A model generated the notes under the pieces. That model was not told the origin of the DNA. It did no database searches and worked only from the letters and a program-made list of their open reading frames with translations. This document shows positions 1-8,665 of a DNA stretch of 64,000 bases, in pieces. Position 1 is the first letter of the stretch, and each line of letters opens with the position of its first letter. The DNA is from an uncultured Ruminococcus sp. (lineage in GTDB: Bacteria; Bacillota; Clostridia; Oscillospirales; Ruminococcaceae), in contig CAMKLV010000001.1 of the NCBI GenBank assembly GCA_946413695.1, forward strand, positions 21,131-85,130, written 5' to 3'. A program made the translations under genes and the position numbers.

Positions 1-284
1 CAAAGAGCAAGATCAGGCGGCAGCAGCATCCCGAAGATCAGACCCGTGACCACAGCGCTCAAATCCTGAACAGTCTGTTTATGCCGGAAGATCAGACTCG
101 CAATCATCTCAAAAAGAACTGCACTTCCGACGGACACAAGCATGATCAGCGCTGCATGTCTGCCGTAATACAAGCAGCCTGCGAGCACAGCCGGCAAAAG
201 TGCAAGAACCACACAAAGCATCATGCCGGAAACCGAGGATCTGCTACGAATATGCGGAGTTGATTCAACAGATAGCTTATTCAA
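1..284 (-). CDS. rnfD: Rnf electron transport complex subunit D, N-terminal part (continues beyond left edge)
   Basis: Absent from the ORF track because it runs off the window. Reverse translation from TTG at 284 gives LNKLSVESTPHIRSRSSVSGMMLCVVLALLPAVL...DLSAVVTGLIFGMLLPP, the typical RnfD/NqrB N-terminus. It starts 1 nt after the rnfC stop. Confidence 0.8.
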   Translation of the reverse strand, partial: MNKLSVESTPHIRSRSSVSGMMLCVVLALLPAVLAGCLYYGRHAALIMLVSVGSAVLFEMIASLIFRHKQTVQDLSAVVTGLIFGMLLPPDLAL

Positions 285-285
285 A

Positions 286-1578
286 TCAGTTCTCCTTTCG
301 CGTATTCGAGAGCAATGCCTTGGCATGCTGGATATTCTCAGCCAGCGGACGTTTTGCGGGACATACATACGTGCAGCAGCCGCAATTCATGCAGATGCCG
401 GCGTGCAGCTCTGTCAATTTGCGGATATCGCGGTCGGCATATGCGCGTTCCAGTTCCGTCGGAATCAGGTTCATCGGACAGGCGCGCATACATTTTCCGC
501 AGCGGATGCAGTCGCCGGATGTCCGCTCTTTTTTCGGATTCTTCAACGCAATCAGCCCGTTCTGCTGCTTCGTGACAGATGCGCGGAATGCCGGATAGCT
601 CGTCCCCATCATTGCACCGCCGCACCAGATCTGTTTGACCAGATCAAGCTCGCAGGATGCATACAGCAGCAGATCAATCACCGGCGTTCCGATCGGAACC
701 TGCAGGTTGCATGCCTTCGGCACAGCGTTGCCGTCAACCGTCACAATGCGCTCAACAAGCGGAATGCCGGTCTGCGAATACTGATACAAAAATGCGCATG
801 TACTGACATTAAGCACCAGAACGCCGACTTCTTCCGGTTCCTTGTCCTCAGGAACAACAATGCCTGTTGTATGATAGATCAGCACGCGCTTTTCGCCCTG
901 CGGATAGACCGGCGGCAGGGGACAGACCGAAATGCCTTTATACTGCTCCGCCGCCTCTTTCAGAACACGAATGGCAGCAGGCTGGCTGGACTGCACACCG
1001 ATGCGCACATCCTTGATCTTCATGATCTTCTGAATGAGCGCTGCTCCGCCAAGAATCTGCTCGGCATTTTCCAGCATCATCCGCAGATCAGAAGCAAGAC
1101 AGGTTTCACATTCTGCGCCGTTGAGCACAAGAACAGACGGCTTTTCAGCGCGGCTGAACTTCTGATATGTCAGATCGCCGGAGCCGCCGAGCCCGACACA
1201 GCCGGAGTTTCTTGCCGCATCAATCAAATCCTGTCTGTTTGCAATTTTCGGCGGCTGGCAATCCGGATGGATGACCTGCTGACCATCCGGAACGATCTCT
1301 ACACAGGGGACGCTTGTCCCGTCCGGCATTTCATATTCAGATATCACAGACACTGTGCCGGAAACACTCGCATGAACCGGTACTGCCGCATCAGATTCCG
1401 GCTTTCCGATCATCTGCCCGACATAGACGTATTCATCCGGCTTTACCGTCGGGACACATGCATCGCCCATATGCATCAGCATCGGAATCCGCACGAGCTT
1501 CGGCAGCGGCAAAGCGGTGATTTGTTTTTCCTGTGCGCGTCTTTTCATCGGCAAACGGATGCCGTTCAAGCGTTTCAT
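286..1578 (-). CDS. rnfC: Rnf electron transport complex subunit C
   Basis: 430-aa ORF with an RnfC-like N-terminus (LPKLVRIPMLMHMGD), a GLGGSG nucleotide-binding-like segment and two ferredoxin motifs (CIRCGKCMRACP, CMNCGCCTYVCP). RBS is AGGAAAGGG. Followed directly by rnfD. Confidence 0.85.
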   Translation of the reverse strand: MKRLNGIRLPMKRRAQEKQITALPLPKLVRIPMLMHMGDACVPTVKPDEYVYVGQMIGKPESDAAVPVHASVSGTVSVISEYEMPDGTSVPCVEIVPDGQQVIHPDCQPPKIANRQDLIDAARNSGCVGLGGSGDLTYQKFSRAEKPSVLVLNGAECETCLASDLRMMLENAEQILGGAALIQKIMKIKDVRIGVQSSQPAAIRVLKEAAEQYKGISVCPLPPVYPQGEKRVLIYHTTGIVVPEDKEPEEVGVLVLNVSTCAFLYQYSQTGIPLVERIVTVDGNAVPKACNLQVPIGTPVIDLLLYASCELDLVKQIWCGGAMMGTSYPAFRASVTKQQNGLIALKNPKKERTSGDCIRCGKCMRACPMNLIPTELERAYADRDIRKLTELHAGICMNCGCCTYVCPAKRPLAENIQHAKALLSNTRKEN

Positions 1579-1696
1579 AGATTCTGCCCTTTCCTAGGTT
1601 CTATTTTCCTCGCGGAACTATCTATCTGATTCGGCACAGAGATTTTTCTGTGCTCCCATTGCGCTTTTCGCAATTTTGTGCTATAATATTAGAATA

Positions 1697-2419
1697 TTAC
1701 GGTCTGTGCTGTGTCTGGAGTGTATCTCTGGTGCGTGCAATGCTGTCCTCGCTGATCTGGATCAGATTCAGCAGAGAGGATGCGTATTCCGAGAAGTCCT
1801 TGGAGAGTGTCGCCGTGGTGACATACAGCGTCTCCGCATCTTCTACTGCATCATTTGTACCGAGTGCAATGCCGCTGGATGCCGCCTTGATATTGGATTC
1901 ATTCAGTGAAATGATCGCGTTCGCACTGTCATTTGCGACAACCTTCGGAACTCTGAACAGCTTTTGGTCATTGTGCGGGCACGCATTATAAATGATGCGG
2001 AACAGCTTGTAAACCGAAAGCATCAGATATGAGGAAACCTCGCGGATCAGCGTAACAGAGTTCGCGCGCTGTGAAAACGAGAACAGCAGGCTGATTGAGT
2101 TGTTGATGATCTTGCGGTAGAAGCGGATCGCCTCATTCGAGGGCATTTCGTTGTTCCCGTCATCATCAGGGATTTCCTCAAGCGTCAGCGTTTTGCCGCC
2201 CGGTTCCGGCGTTCTGCCGAGCAAATAGTCGCAGGACACGTTGTAATAATCGGCAATCCGGACCAGAAAATCAAGACCGCACTCACGGATGCCCTTCTCA
2301 TAGTGCGAGAGCAGTGCCTGTGAAATGCCGAGATCTGTGGCAGCCTTTTTCTGGCTGATTTTACGTTCCTTTCGCTGGAGCGTAATAATACGCGGAAAAT
2401 CGTCATTCATGGTTTTCAT
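1697..2419 (-). CDS. XRE-family helix-turn-helix transcriptional regulator with extended C-terminal domain
   Basis: HTH_3-like segment: ISQKKAATDLGISQALLSHYEKGIRECGLDFLVRIADYYNVSCDYLLG. Start trimmed to MKTMNDD after a GGGAG RBS; ATG 2410 is an alternative start. Confidence 0.7.
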   Translation of the reverse strand: MKTMNDDFPRIITLQRKERKISQKKAATDLGISQALLSHYEKGIRECGLDFLVRIADYYNVSCDYLLGRTPEPGGKTLTLEEIPDDDGNNEMPSNEAIRFYRKIINNSISLLFSFSQRANSVTLIREVSSYLMLSVYKLFRIIYNACPHNDQKLFRVPKVVANDSANAIISLNESNIKAASSGIALGTNDAVEDAETLYVTTATLSKDFSEYASSLLNLIQISEDSIARTRDTLQTQHRP

Positions 2420-2464
2420 ACTCCCTTCATCAATCGGACACAATACAGTCCTTCATACGTTACA

Positions 2465-2493
2465 ATTATATAACAAATAGTATAATTTGTAAA
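2465..2493 (-). promoter_or_regulatory. Sigma-A-type promoter for the XRE regulator gene
   Basis: Minus strand reads TTTACA, 17 nt, TATAAT. It lies inside an imperfect palindrome (TTACAATTATA 2460-2470 / TATAATTTGTAA 2481-2492) that also carries a TATAAT on the plus strand. Confidence 0.45.
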
Positions 2494-2587
2494 GACCTAA
2501 CAGCAAAAAATAACTGCCAAAAATGAGCTCTCATTTTTGTTGAATCCGCCGATTATCTCATATTATCACCCGAAAGGAACCATATTT

Positions 2588-3223
2588 ATGAAGAATTATC
2601 ACATTTCCCTGTTCCGTCACGGCAGAACAGACGCCAATGACCGCGGTCAGTACATCGGAACAACAGACTTTCCGCTGAATGACCGCGGCAGAGCCGAACT
2701 ACTCGATAAAACAGACCGCTATGTGTACCCGAAAGTCCAGCGTGGCTATACCAGCCCGCTGCAGCGCTGCACGGAGAGCGCCGAGATTCTCTTTCCGGAT
2801 CGCGAGATTGTTGTCGCAGAGGATTTCCGTGAGCTGCACTTCGGCAAATTCGAAGGCAGAACCGCCGATGAGCTGATGCAAAACGATGAATATCTCACAT
2901 GGATCCGCGGCGGCATGGATGCGAAGCCGCCGGAGGGGGAGAGTGTCTCCGAACTCTGCATCCGGACATTTCAGGGCTTTCACAAAATTCTGCTCGAGAT
3001 GATGCAGGAGGATTTCACGCATGTCGCAATCGTCACACACGGCGGCGTCATTGCAAATGCAATTGCCTGTTTCGGCATCCCAAAGCTCGATCCGAAGCAG
3101 ATTCAGACCGCCCCGGGCGAAGGCTTTGAAATCCAGATCAACCCGCAGATGTGGCAGCAGGCACAGGCATTTGAAATCCTGCGTGTCACACCGTACCTGC
3201 CGGAGGAAAGCGAAACATTCTGA
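2588..3223 (+). CDS. Histidine phosphatase family protein (phosphoglycerate mutase superfamily)
   Basis: MKNYHISLFRHGRTDANDRGQYIGTTDFPLNDRGRAE carries the RHG catalytic motif, with VTHGG near the C-terminus. Start trimmed to the ATG after GAAAGGAA. Confidence 0.8.
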   Translation: MKNYHISLFRHGRTDANDRGQYIGTTDFPLNDRGRAELLDKTDRYVYPKVQRGYTSPLQRCTESAEILFPDREIVVAEDFRELHFGKFEGRTADELMQNDEYLTWIRGGMDAKPPEGESVSELCIRTFQGFHKILLEMMQEDFTHVAIVTHGGVIANAIACFGIPKLDPKQIQTAPGEGFEIQINPQMWQQAQAFEILRVTPYLPEESETF

Positions 3224-3238
3224 CTGGGGGAGTGTCCG

Positions 3239-3703
3239 ATGCTGGAAGTTGTCTTTACCGTCGCGATTATTATCGCACTGCTTCTGTTCTTTGGCATGTC
3301 ACTGGAAACCATATTCGTCATTTTCGCAACGATTGTACTCGGTCTGATCGCGATTGCAATGATGCTGTTCGTGCTGTTTTTTGTGATTACAGATATCTCG
3401 CTGCTGTTCCGGCGGCGCGTCAAGGGTGTCTTTCTGCGTGTGGATGACTCAGACCGCTTCGATCACGCTGTGTACGCATATGAAGATCAGGAATACAGCT
3501 GCGTTTTTCCGGCAGAATCCTTCGGCAGAAAGCATATCTACCATGAAAAGCAGGCGTACTCGCTGTTGATTTCACGGAATCCGAAGAAACACACTGCCTA
3601 TGATCGGCACAGCCTGATCATCATTGCAATCGGAACGGTTGTATCAGCCGTGATGGTTCCGCTGCTGATTGCCGCCGCATTATTCATCCGAACCGGACTA
3701 TAA
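3239..3703 (+). CDS. Hypothetical membrane protein
   Basis: 154-aa ORF with a GGGGGAG RBS. It has two N-terminal and one C-terminal hydrophobic helices. I recognise no family. Confidence 0.5.
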   Translation: MLEVVFTVAIIIALLLFFGMSLETIFVIFATIVLGLIAIAMMLFVLFFVITDISLLFRRRVKGVFLRVDDSDRFDHAVYAYEDQEYSCVFPAESFGRKHIYHEKQAYSLLISRNPKKHTAYDRHSLIIIAIGTVVSAVMVPLLIAAALFIRTGL

Positions 3704-3747
3704 GAAAACTGCTGTACCGTGCCATGCATGATACAGCAGTTATTTTG

Positions 3748-4473
3748 TTATACGGTATAGCCGTCAGCGCGGAACGAATCAATCAGAGTGCCGAGAATCT
3801 CCGCATTTGTCGAAGAAACGGAGTGCAGCAGATAGACCGCGCCGCTGTGCGCTGCCTGCGAAAGCTGCCGGAGCGCCGAATCCGGATCAGGCTGCGCATC
3901 CGTGTTCCAGTCCACATGCGCAGCACTCCAGAACAGCGTCCGGTATCCAAGCGACTGCACCTTTGCAAGCGCCCGCGCATCATATTCGCCGCAGGGCGGA
4001 CGGAAATACTGCATCTCATAGCCGAAATGCTCCAGCACATAAGCATGCAGCGACATGATCTCCGTTTCGATTGCGTCATCATCCAGTTCCGGCAACGCAG
4101 CATGCGTCATGCCGTGATTGCCGAGCATATGCCCTTCGTCAATCATGCGCTGTACCAGCTCCGGTTCGCGCTTTGCGTAGTCGCCGGTCAGGAAAAAGAT
4201 TGCGGAGACATGTTTCTCTTTCAGCGTATCCAGAATCTTCGCAGTATAGCCGTTTTCATAGCCCTGATCAAATGTCAGTATGATTCTGTCCGGCTCAGGC
4301 GTCAGTGCATAGGCGCCGGATTCCGCGAATTCATCCTGAAAGGCAACAGCACCCGTCGGGCGGTTTTGTGCATCGCGTTCTTTGCCCTGCCCGTAGCCGA
4401 TTGCACCCGCATGAAGCGGCGGCATCGCAAGCATGACGGTCAGAGACAAAACGGCAGATAACAGTTTTTTCAT
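3748..4473 (-). CDS. pdaA: Polysaccharide deacetylase, PdaA-like delta-lactam-biosynthetic de-N-acetylase
   Basis: LTFDQGYENGYTAKILDTLKEKHVSAIFFLTGDY...GNHGMTH...RPPCGEY...LGYRTLFWSAAHVDW...AVYLLHSVSSTNAE is collinear with B. subtilis PdaA by eye. It has a signal-peptide-like N-terminus (MKKLLSAVLSLTVMLA). Confidence 0.7.
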   Translation of the reverse strand: MKKLLSAVLSLTVMLAMPPLHAGAIGYGQGKERDAQNRPTGAVAFQDEFAESGAYALTPEPDRIILTFDQGYENGYTAKILDTLKEKHVSAIFFLTGDYAKREPELVQRMIDEGHMLGNHGMTHAALPELDDDAIETEIMSLHAYVLEHFGYEMQYFRPPCGEYDARALAKVQSLGYRTLFWSAAHVDWNTDAQPDPDSALRQLSQAAHSGAVYLLHSVSSTNAEILGTLIDSFRADGYTV

Positions 4474-4534
4474 GCAATCATCCTTTCTGTTGCAGGGTAT
4501 ACCTGCGAAGATAGGATTTGCTATACAGTACGGT

Positions 4535-5068
4535 TTATGACCGGTTTGATCTGGCATCATGCGCGGCAATTGCAGGATAATACTTTGAGATAAATCCTGT
4601 AACATACGCAATTGCAGTCAGAACAGGCGGCAGCAGCAGCAGCATGCGGCGGCTCTGCGCAACAGCCGAAAACGGCTCCGCACCGGCGATCAGAAATCTG
4701 TAAATCTGGATAAACGGCGCATTCAGAAGCGGAAAGAGATTCAGCATCAGAATGCTCTCCGGATTTACTGTCAGCAGCAGATACGTCAGATAAGAGGGGA
4801 CAGTCAGGCAGATGCCGATCAGAAGCGGCTTTATGCGCCGTATCTGTGCACCTGATGTCCGGTACAGCGCGGCATCCTCATCCGCAGCCTTTTGCGCACA
4901 GTTTCCGATCAGCAGCACATGTGCCGCGATGCCGAAAATCAGCCCGATCAGGCGAATGACAGGATGATCGCGCAGAATCGCAAGCGAGACCGCCAGGATC
5001 AGGCACAGAACCTCAGAGCCGAACAGCCAGAGCATTCCGTGCAGCAGATGTTTTCCAAAATGATTCAT
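4535..5068 (-). CDS. Hypothetical polytopic membrane protein
   Basis: ORF trimmed to MNHFGK after a GGAGGAA RBS. It has about 5 hydrophobic helices. I recognise no family. Confidence 0.5.
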   Translation of the reverse strand: MNHFGKHLLHGMLWLFGSEVLCLILAVSLAILRDHPVIRLIGLIFGIAAHVLLIGNCAQKAADEDAALYRTSGAQIRRIKPLLIGICLTVPSYLTYLLLTVNPESILMLNLFPLLNAPFIQIYRFLIAGAEPFSAVAQSRRMLLLLPPVLTAIAYVTGFISKYYPAIAAHDARSNRS

Positions 5069-5223
5069 AGTTCCTCCGTGTATTTTGAGATACATCCGGC
5101 ATACTATCTATAATAATGCCATTTGCTATTATACATGATTTTCACAGGATTGTCCAGACTTTCGCCGAAATTTTGGAATCTCCGACGAAAAGCCGCATTT
5201 CACGTGCAGATCGGGCGGAATGC

Positions 5224-5252
5224 TTGACGAAACTCAGAAATTGCGATATAAT
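5224..5252 (+). promoter_or_regulatory. Sigma-A-type promoter upstream of rpe
   Basis: TTGACG (5224-5229), 17 nt, TATAAT (5247-5252), about 40 nt before the rpe ATG. Confidence 0.55.
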
Positions 5253-5292
5253 ATAAGATGTATGTAAAAATCGGGATCTGGAGGAATTCGTC

Positions 5293-5946
5293 ATGGTACT
5301 TGCATCCATTTTGAACAGCGATCTGCTGAACCTTGCTAAGGTCGCGGATACCATCAGGGAATCCGGTGCGGATGCACTGCATTATGACGTCATGGACGGC
5401 AGATTTGTAGACAATATTTCTTTCGGACTGCCCGTGCTTGCATCGCTGCGTCCCTATACAAAGCAGCCGATTGATGTACATCTGATGATTACCGATCCGC
5501 TTCGCTTTGTTGAGCGCTTTGTCAAAGCGGGCGCAGATATGCTTTCGTTCCACATTGAAAGTGATTCCGATGTGCGCGAGACGCTTCGCTGCATCCATGC
5601 TTGCGGGATCCCCGCGGGTATCGCAGTATCTCCGGATACGCCGGTCTCTGCGGTCTATCCGGTTCTTTCCGATATGCAAAAGGATGATTATATTCTCCTG
5701 ATGACCGTTTATCCCGGACTGGGCGGACAGAAGTTCATGCCGCAGATTCTGCCGAAAATCCGTGAGCTTTCCGAATATCTGCAACGCGAACAGCTCCCGC
5801 TTCACATCGAAGTAGACGGCGGCATCAATGCAGAAACCGGCATGCAGTGCCGCAGAGCCGGCGCAGATTATCTGGTTGCAGGCTCCTATGTGCTCGGTTC
5901 GCAGAATCCGGCAGAGGCGGTGCGGTCTCTCAATGCGCCGCTATGA
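5293..5946 (+). CDS. rpe: Ribulose-phosphate 3-epimerase
   Basis: LHYDVMDGRFVDNISFG, IDVHLMI, SFHIES and HIEVDGGIN are characteristic Rpe motifs. RBS is GGAGGAA. Confidence 0.9.
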   Translation: MVLASILNSDLLNLAKVADTIRESGADALHYDVMDGRFVDNISFGLPVLASLRPYTKQPIDVHLMITDPLRFVERFVKAGADMLSFHIESDSDVRETLRCIHACGIPAGIAVSPDTPVSAVYPVLSDMQKDDYILLMTVYPGLGGQKFMPQILPKIRELSEYLQREQLPLHIEVDGGINAETGMQCRRAGADYLVAGSYVLGSQNPAEAVRSLNAPL

Positions 5947-6513
5947 CAGGCTGATATTCTGCTCTGCAATCTGCCTGACCGCATCCTGCTGCAGAATGCA
6001 GTCACAGTATTCCGATAATCTTGCGCGGTTGATTGCCGTGAGCCGGTAGGGGCTGCCGTATTCCAGCAGAATATGCCGGATTGCAGCAGCGCGTGCATGA
6101 CGCAGCTTCAGCGTCAGAATCCAGCTTCGGTTTTCCTGATAAAGCACACTGTTCCGGATATGCGCCTGCTCCGATTGCAGCAGCCCGCAGCATTCCTGCA
6201 GTAATTTCGCATCTGTGAATCTTGCTGCGAGCCTGATGATCCGCTGCCGGTTCGCACGCGGCGCCGGTGTGTGCTCCTGCACAGTGAAATACGCTGCAAG
6301 ACTCCCGTCCTGCGCAGTCATGAGTTCAACCGTCACCGGCAGCGCCGAAAACGCAATACCGCTGACCGATTCTGCCTTCGCAAGCAAAAAGGAAAGCATC
6401 CGCAGCATCTGCGGCGAATCCGCTGATACCGGATCCTCAGGCAGAAACACGCGCAGTTCTTCCGCCGAAAGCTGCACTTTGACGGAGCTCCCGGAAAGCC
6501 GGTGTATTGTCAT
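5941..6513 (-). CDS. mecA: MecA-family adaptor protein (short form)
   Basis: By-eye collinearity with B. subtilis MecA. The N-terminus MTIHRLSGSSVKVQLSAEELRVF resembles MEIERINEHTVKFYMSYGDIE. The C-terminal part IRNSVLYQENRSWILTLKL...ILLEYGSPY...ARLSEYCDCIL resembles LYSFENRYYLYVDF...ILLEYATES...LEEYGKLI. Confidence 0.55.
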   Translation of the reverse strand: MTIHRLSGSSVKVQLSAEELRVFLPEDPVSADSPQMLRMLSFLLAKAESVSGIAFSALPVTVELMTAQDGSLAAYFTVQEHTPAPRANRQRIIRLAARFTDAKLLQECCGLLQSEQAHIRNSVLYQENRSWILTLKLRHARAAAIRHILLEYGSPYRLTAINRARLSEYCDCILQQDAVRQIAEQNISLS

Positions 6514-6586
6514 ATCAAATATATCCTTTCTATGCGGCTGAACCGCCGTGTGTTTCATAGATTTGTTCAGCAAAGGCAGGTGCAAT

Positions 6587-7531
6587 ATGCACAAACCCGA
6601 TCCTAAGCGAATTCTGTTCGACCGCTTTGCATCAGTTCTCGCATTGCTCGCAGCTGCATCCTATGATTACGGTATCCGAATCTGGATTCTCGCTGCTGTC
6701 GCTGTTGCGATCACGCTCATCACAGAACGTATTTGTCTTGCAATCCGAAAAAAGCCTTTTACGGCTGAAAATCTCGATGCCGGCATCATCGGTCTGATAT
6801 TGCTTTTGCTGCTGCCGCCGGGTGTACCGGTTTCTCTGCTTATCATGTCCTGTATCTTTGCAATTATCATCGGCAGGCAGATGTTCGGCGGCAAGGAAAA
6901 TCCGGTAATTCTGCCTGCTGCCGCGGGATATTGCTTCTCGATGCTGAATAACCGTGCGGCTGTTACGCTGTTTCCGGAAAGCAGAGCGCATTTGCCGCTG
7001 ATCATTCCGGATTCCGCCGCACTGACAGACGGCATTTCGTTCGCTTGGAACAGAGCCGGACGCTTCACGGTCAATCCGCTCGAATGGCTCACCGGTCTGC
7101 CGCATCAGCCGATCGGGACAGGCTCTGTGATTCTTCTTTCAGCGATTGCAGTGGTGCTGGCCGCAAGACGGGCAGCATCCGGATGGGTGATTGTTCCGGC
7201 TGCTGTCACGATGATCGTCTGCAATCTTATGGTTTCCAATTTACAGCATCCGATGGCAACGGTTGTCGGCAGTATGCTGACAAACCAGACGCTGACCGCT
7301 CTGATCTTTCTGCACGCCGATCCCGATCATGCGCCGCCGCATCTTGCCGGAATCGCATACGGATTCGCGGTCGGGTTCGCTTCATTCTTTGCAACAAGAA
7401 TTCTCTTTATCTGCGATGCGCCGGTTCTGCTCGCGGTACTGCTTTCCCCGCTGATGATCTGGCTGCGGCGCGTTATGACCGAACCTGAATCTGCGAAAAC
7501 AGTCTCCGCGGAAAGGGGGACTGCTGCATGA
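6587..7531 (+). CDS. RnfD/NqrB-family membrane protein, divergent paralog lacking the FMN-attachment Thr
   Basis: NLDAGIIGLILLLLLPPGVP and FAIIIGRQMFGGKENPVILPAAAGY match the RnfD scaffold. The ...LTDGISFAWN... segment aligns with canonical ...GIDGISQATPL..., putting Trp where the FMN-bearing Thr should be. The SSPHIR-type N-terminus is absent. Confidence 0.7.
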   Translation: MHKPDPKRILFDRFASVLALLAAASYDYGIRIWILAAVAVAITLITERICLAIRKKPFTAENLDAGIIGLILLLLLPPGVPVSLLIMSCIFAIIIGRQMFGGKENPVILPAAAGYCFSMLNNRAAVTLFPESRAHLPLIIPDSAALTDGISFAWNRAGRFTVNPLEWLTGLPHQPIGTGSVILLSAIAVVLAARRAASGWVIVPAAVTMIVCNLMVSNLQHPMATVVGSMLTNQTLTALIFLHADPDHAPPHLAGIAYGFAVGFASFFATRILFICDAPVLLAVLLSPLMIWLRRVMTEPESAKTVSAERGTAA

Positions 7532-8097
7532 GTTCATCCGTGAAACCGCGCATATCAATTCTGCGCAGCGGGCTGATCATCGCTCCGATTGCGGCGTTTT
7601 CAGTCTCTGTTCTGCACAGCGCGGCTTTCTGTATCGCGTTTCTGCTGATCACAATCCCGACGGTGCTGCTTTCTGCGCTGATCCCGCGCAGAATCCCGTT
7701 TGCTGTTCGTATTGTATTGTATTCTGTAATCGGCAGTTTGGTGTATATCCCCGCGGCTGTTCTGACTGCAAACATCCTGCCGCAGATTGCAGGCGGTGTC
7801 TATCTGCCGCTGCTCTGCATGCCGCTCTATCTGACCGTTTATCGGGACGATCTGTTCCCGCGCGGACAGATTCTCCGCACGATGTTCCGCAATCTGATTC
7901 CGGCATGTCTGTTTGTGCTCGCTGCGGGATTTCTGCGCGAACTGCTCGGCAGCGGAAGCATCGTCGGCACGCAGCTGCTGAAAACGCCGCCGCTCCCGAT
8001 CCTGCTGGAGCCTTCCGGCGGACTGATTCTGCTGGTGCTCGCATTGGCAGCAGGTTCCGCAATCAGAAAGGAGGCACCCGATGCAGCTTGCCTCTGA
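7528..8097 (+). CDS. RnfE/NqrD-family membrane protein, divergent paralog
   Basis: ATGA overlap with the upstream gene. The C-terminal half (FLRELLGSGSIVG...LPILLEPSGGLILLVLALAAG) matches the RnfE pattern (LREIIGNGTLF...LLAMLPPGAFIGLGLMLAG). The LGLCP and TNCxxxGRAEAF motifs are not conserved. Confidence 0.6.
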   Translation: MSSSVKPRISILRSGLIIAPIAAFSVSVLHSAAFCIAFLLITIPTVLLSALIPRRIPFAVRIVLYSVIGSLVYIPAAVLTANILPQIAGGVYLPLLCMPLYLTVYRDDLFPRGQILRTMFRNLIPACLFVLAAGFLRELLGSGSIVGTQLLKTPPLPILLEPSGGLILLVLALAAGSAIRKEAPDAACL

Positions 8098-8638
8098 TTT
8101 CGCATTACTGTTTGTGCAGAATCTGATATTTCAGAATCTGCTTGGCCTGCCCTCTGCAGCCGTATCGCTGCAAAAAGGCAAAGGGCTCATCCGGCTCGGG
8201 GTTCTGACAACAATCTTCATCACCGCGGCATCCGGCGCGATTGCGCTGCTGCGTCCGCTGATCCCGAATCAGTATGAAAAGCTGCTGTTTCCGGTCTGCA
8301 TAGCACTGATCTGCGGCATACTGGATCTGCTGCTGATATTTGTATCAAAACTGTCGAAGCATCTGAACCGTATCATCATGCCGTCTCTGCATGCCGCAGC
8401 ATTTTCATCTGCAGTGCTCGGCGCCGTGCTGCTCAGCACGGATTATACCCACGATGTTCTTGTCGCATTCCGGTTCGGGTTCCGTTCCGGAATCGGATTC
8501 TTTGCAGCCTGTCTCATGCTGAAAGCCGTTGCACCGCTGATCAGCAGCGACGCGATGCCGAAAGCAGTCCGCGGCTGGAAGGGCATGCTGCTCTATGCTG
8601 CCGTGATCTCCATGGCAGCGGCATGTCTGTTCCCGTAA
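8081..8638 (+). CDS. RnfA/NqrE-family membrane protein, divergent paralog
   Basis: AGGAGG RBS. FALLFVQNLIFQNLLGLPSAAVS aligns with canonical [24 protein letters not shown], and FSSAVLGAVLL aligns with TNCAVLGVALL. Both Cys positions are substituted. Confidence 0.65.
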   Translation: MQLASDFALLFVQNLIFQNLLGLPSAAVSLQKGKGLIRLGVLTTIFITAASGAIALLRPLIPNQYEKLLFPVCIALICGILDLLLIFVSKLSKHLNRIIMPSLHAAAFSSAVLGAVLLSTDYTHDVLVAFRFGFRSGIGFFAACLMLKAVAPLISSDAMPKAVRGWKGMLLYAAVISMAAACLFP

Positions 8639-8665
8639 ACCCGAAAAGAGAGGAGAGAATCTTCC

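Noticed and set aside
223-1629. 468-aa ORF on the plus strand covering the rnfC locus
   Set aside because: It is antisense to a gene with clear RnfC motifs. Its translation is Arg/Cys/His-rich with no recognisable domain and no RBS. It is a typical shadow ORF.
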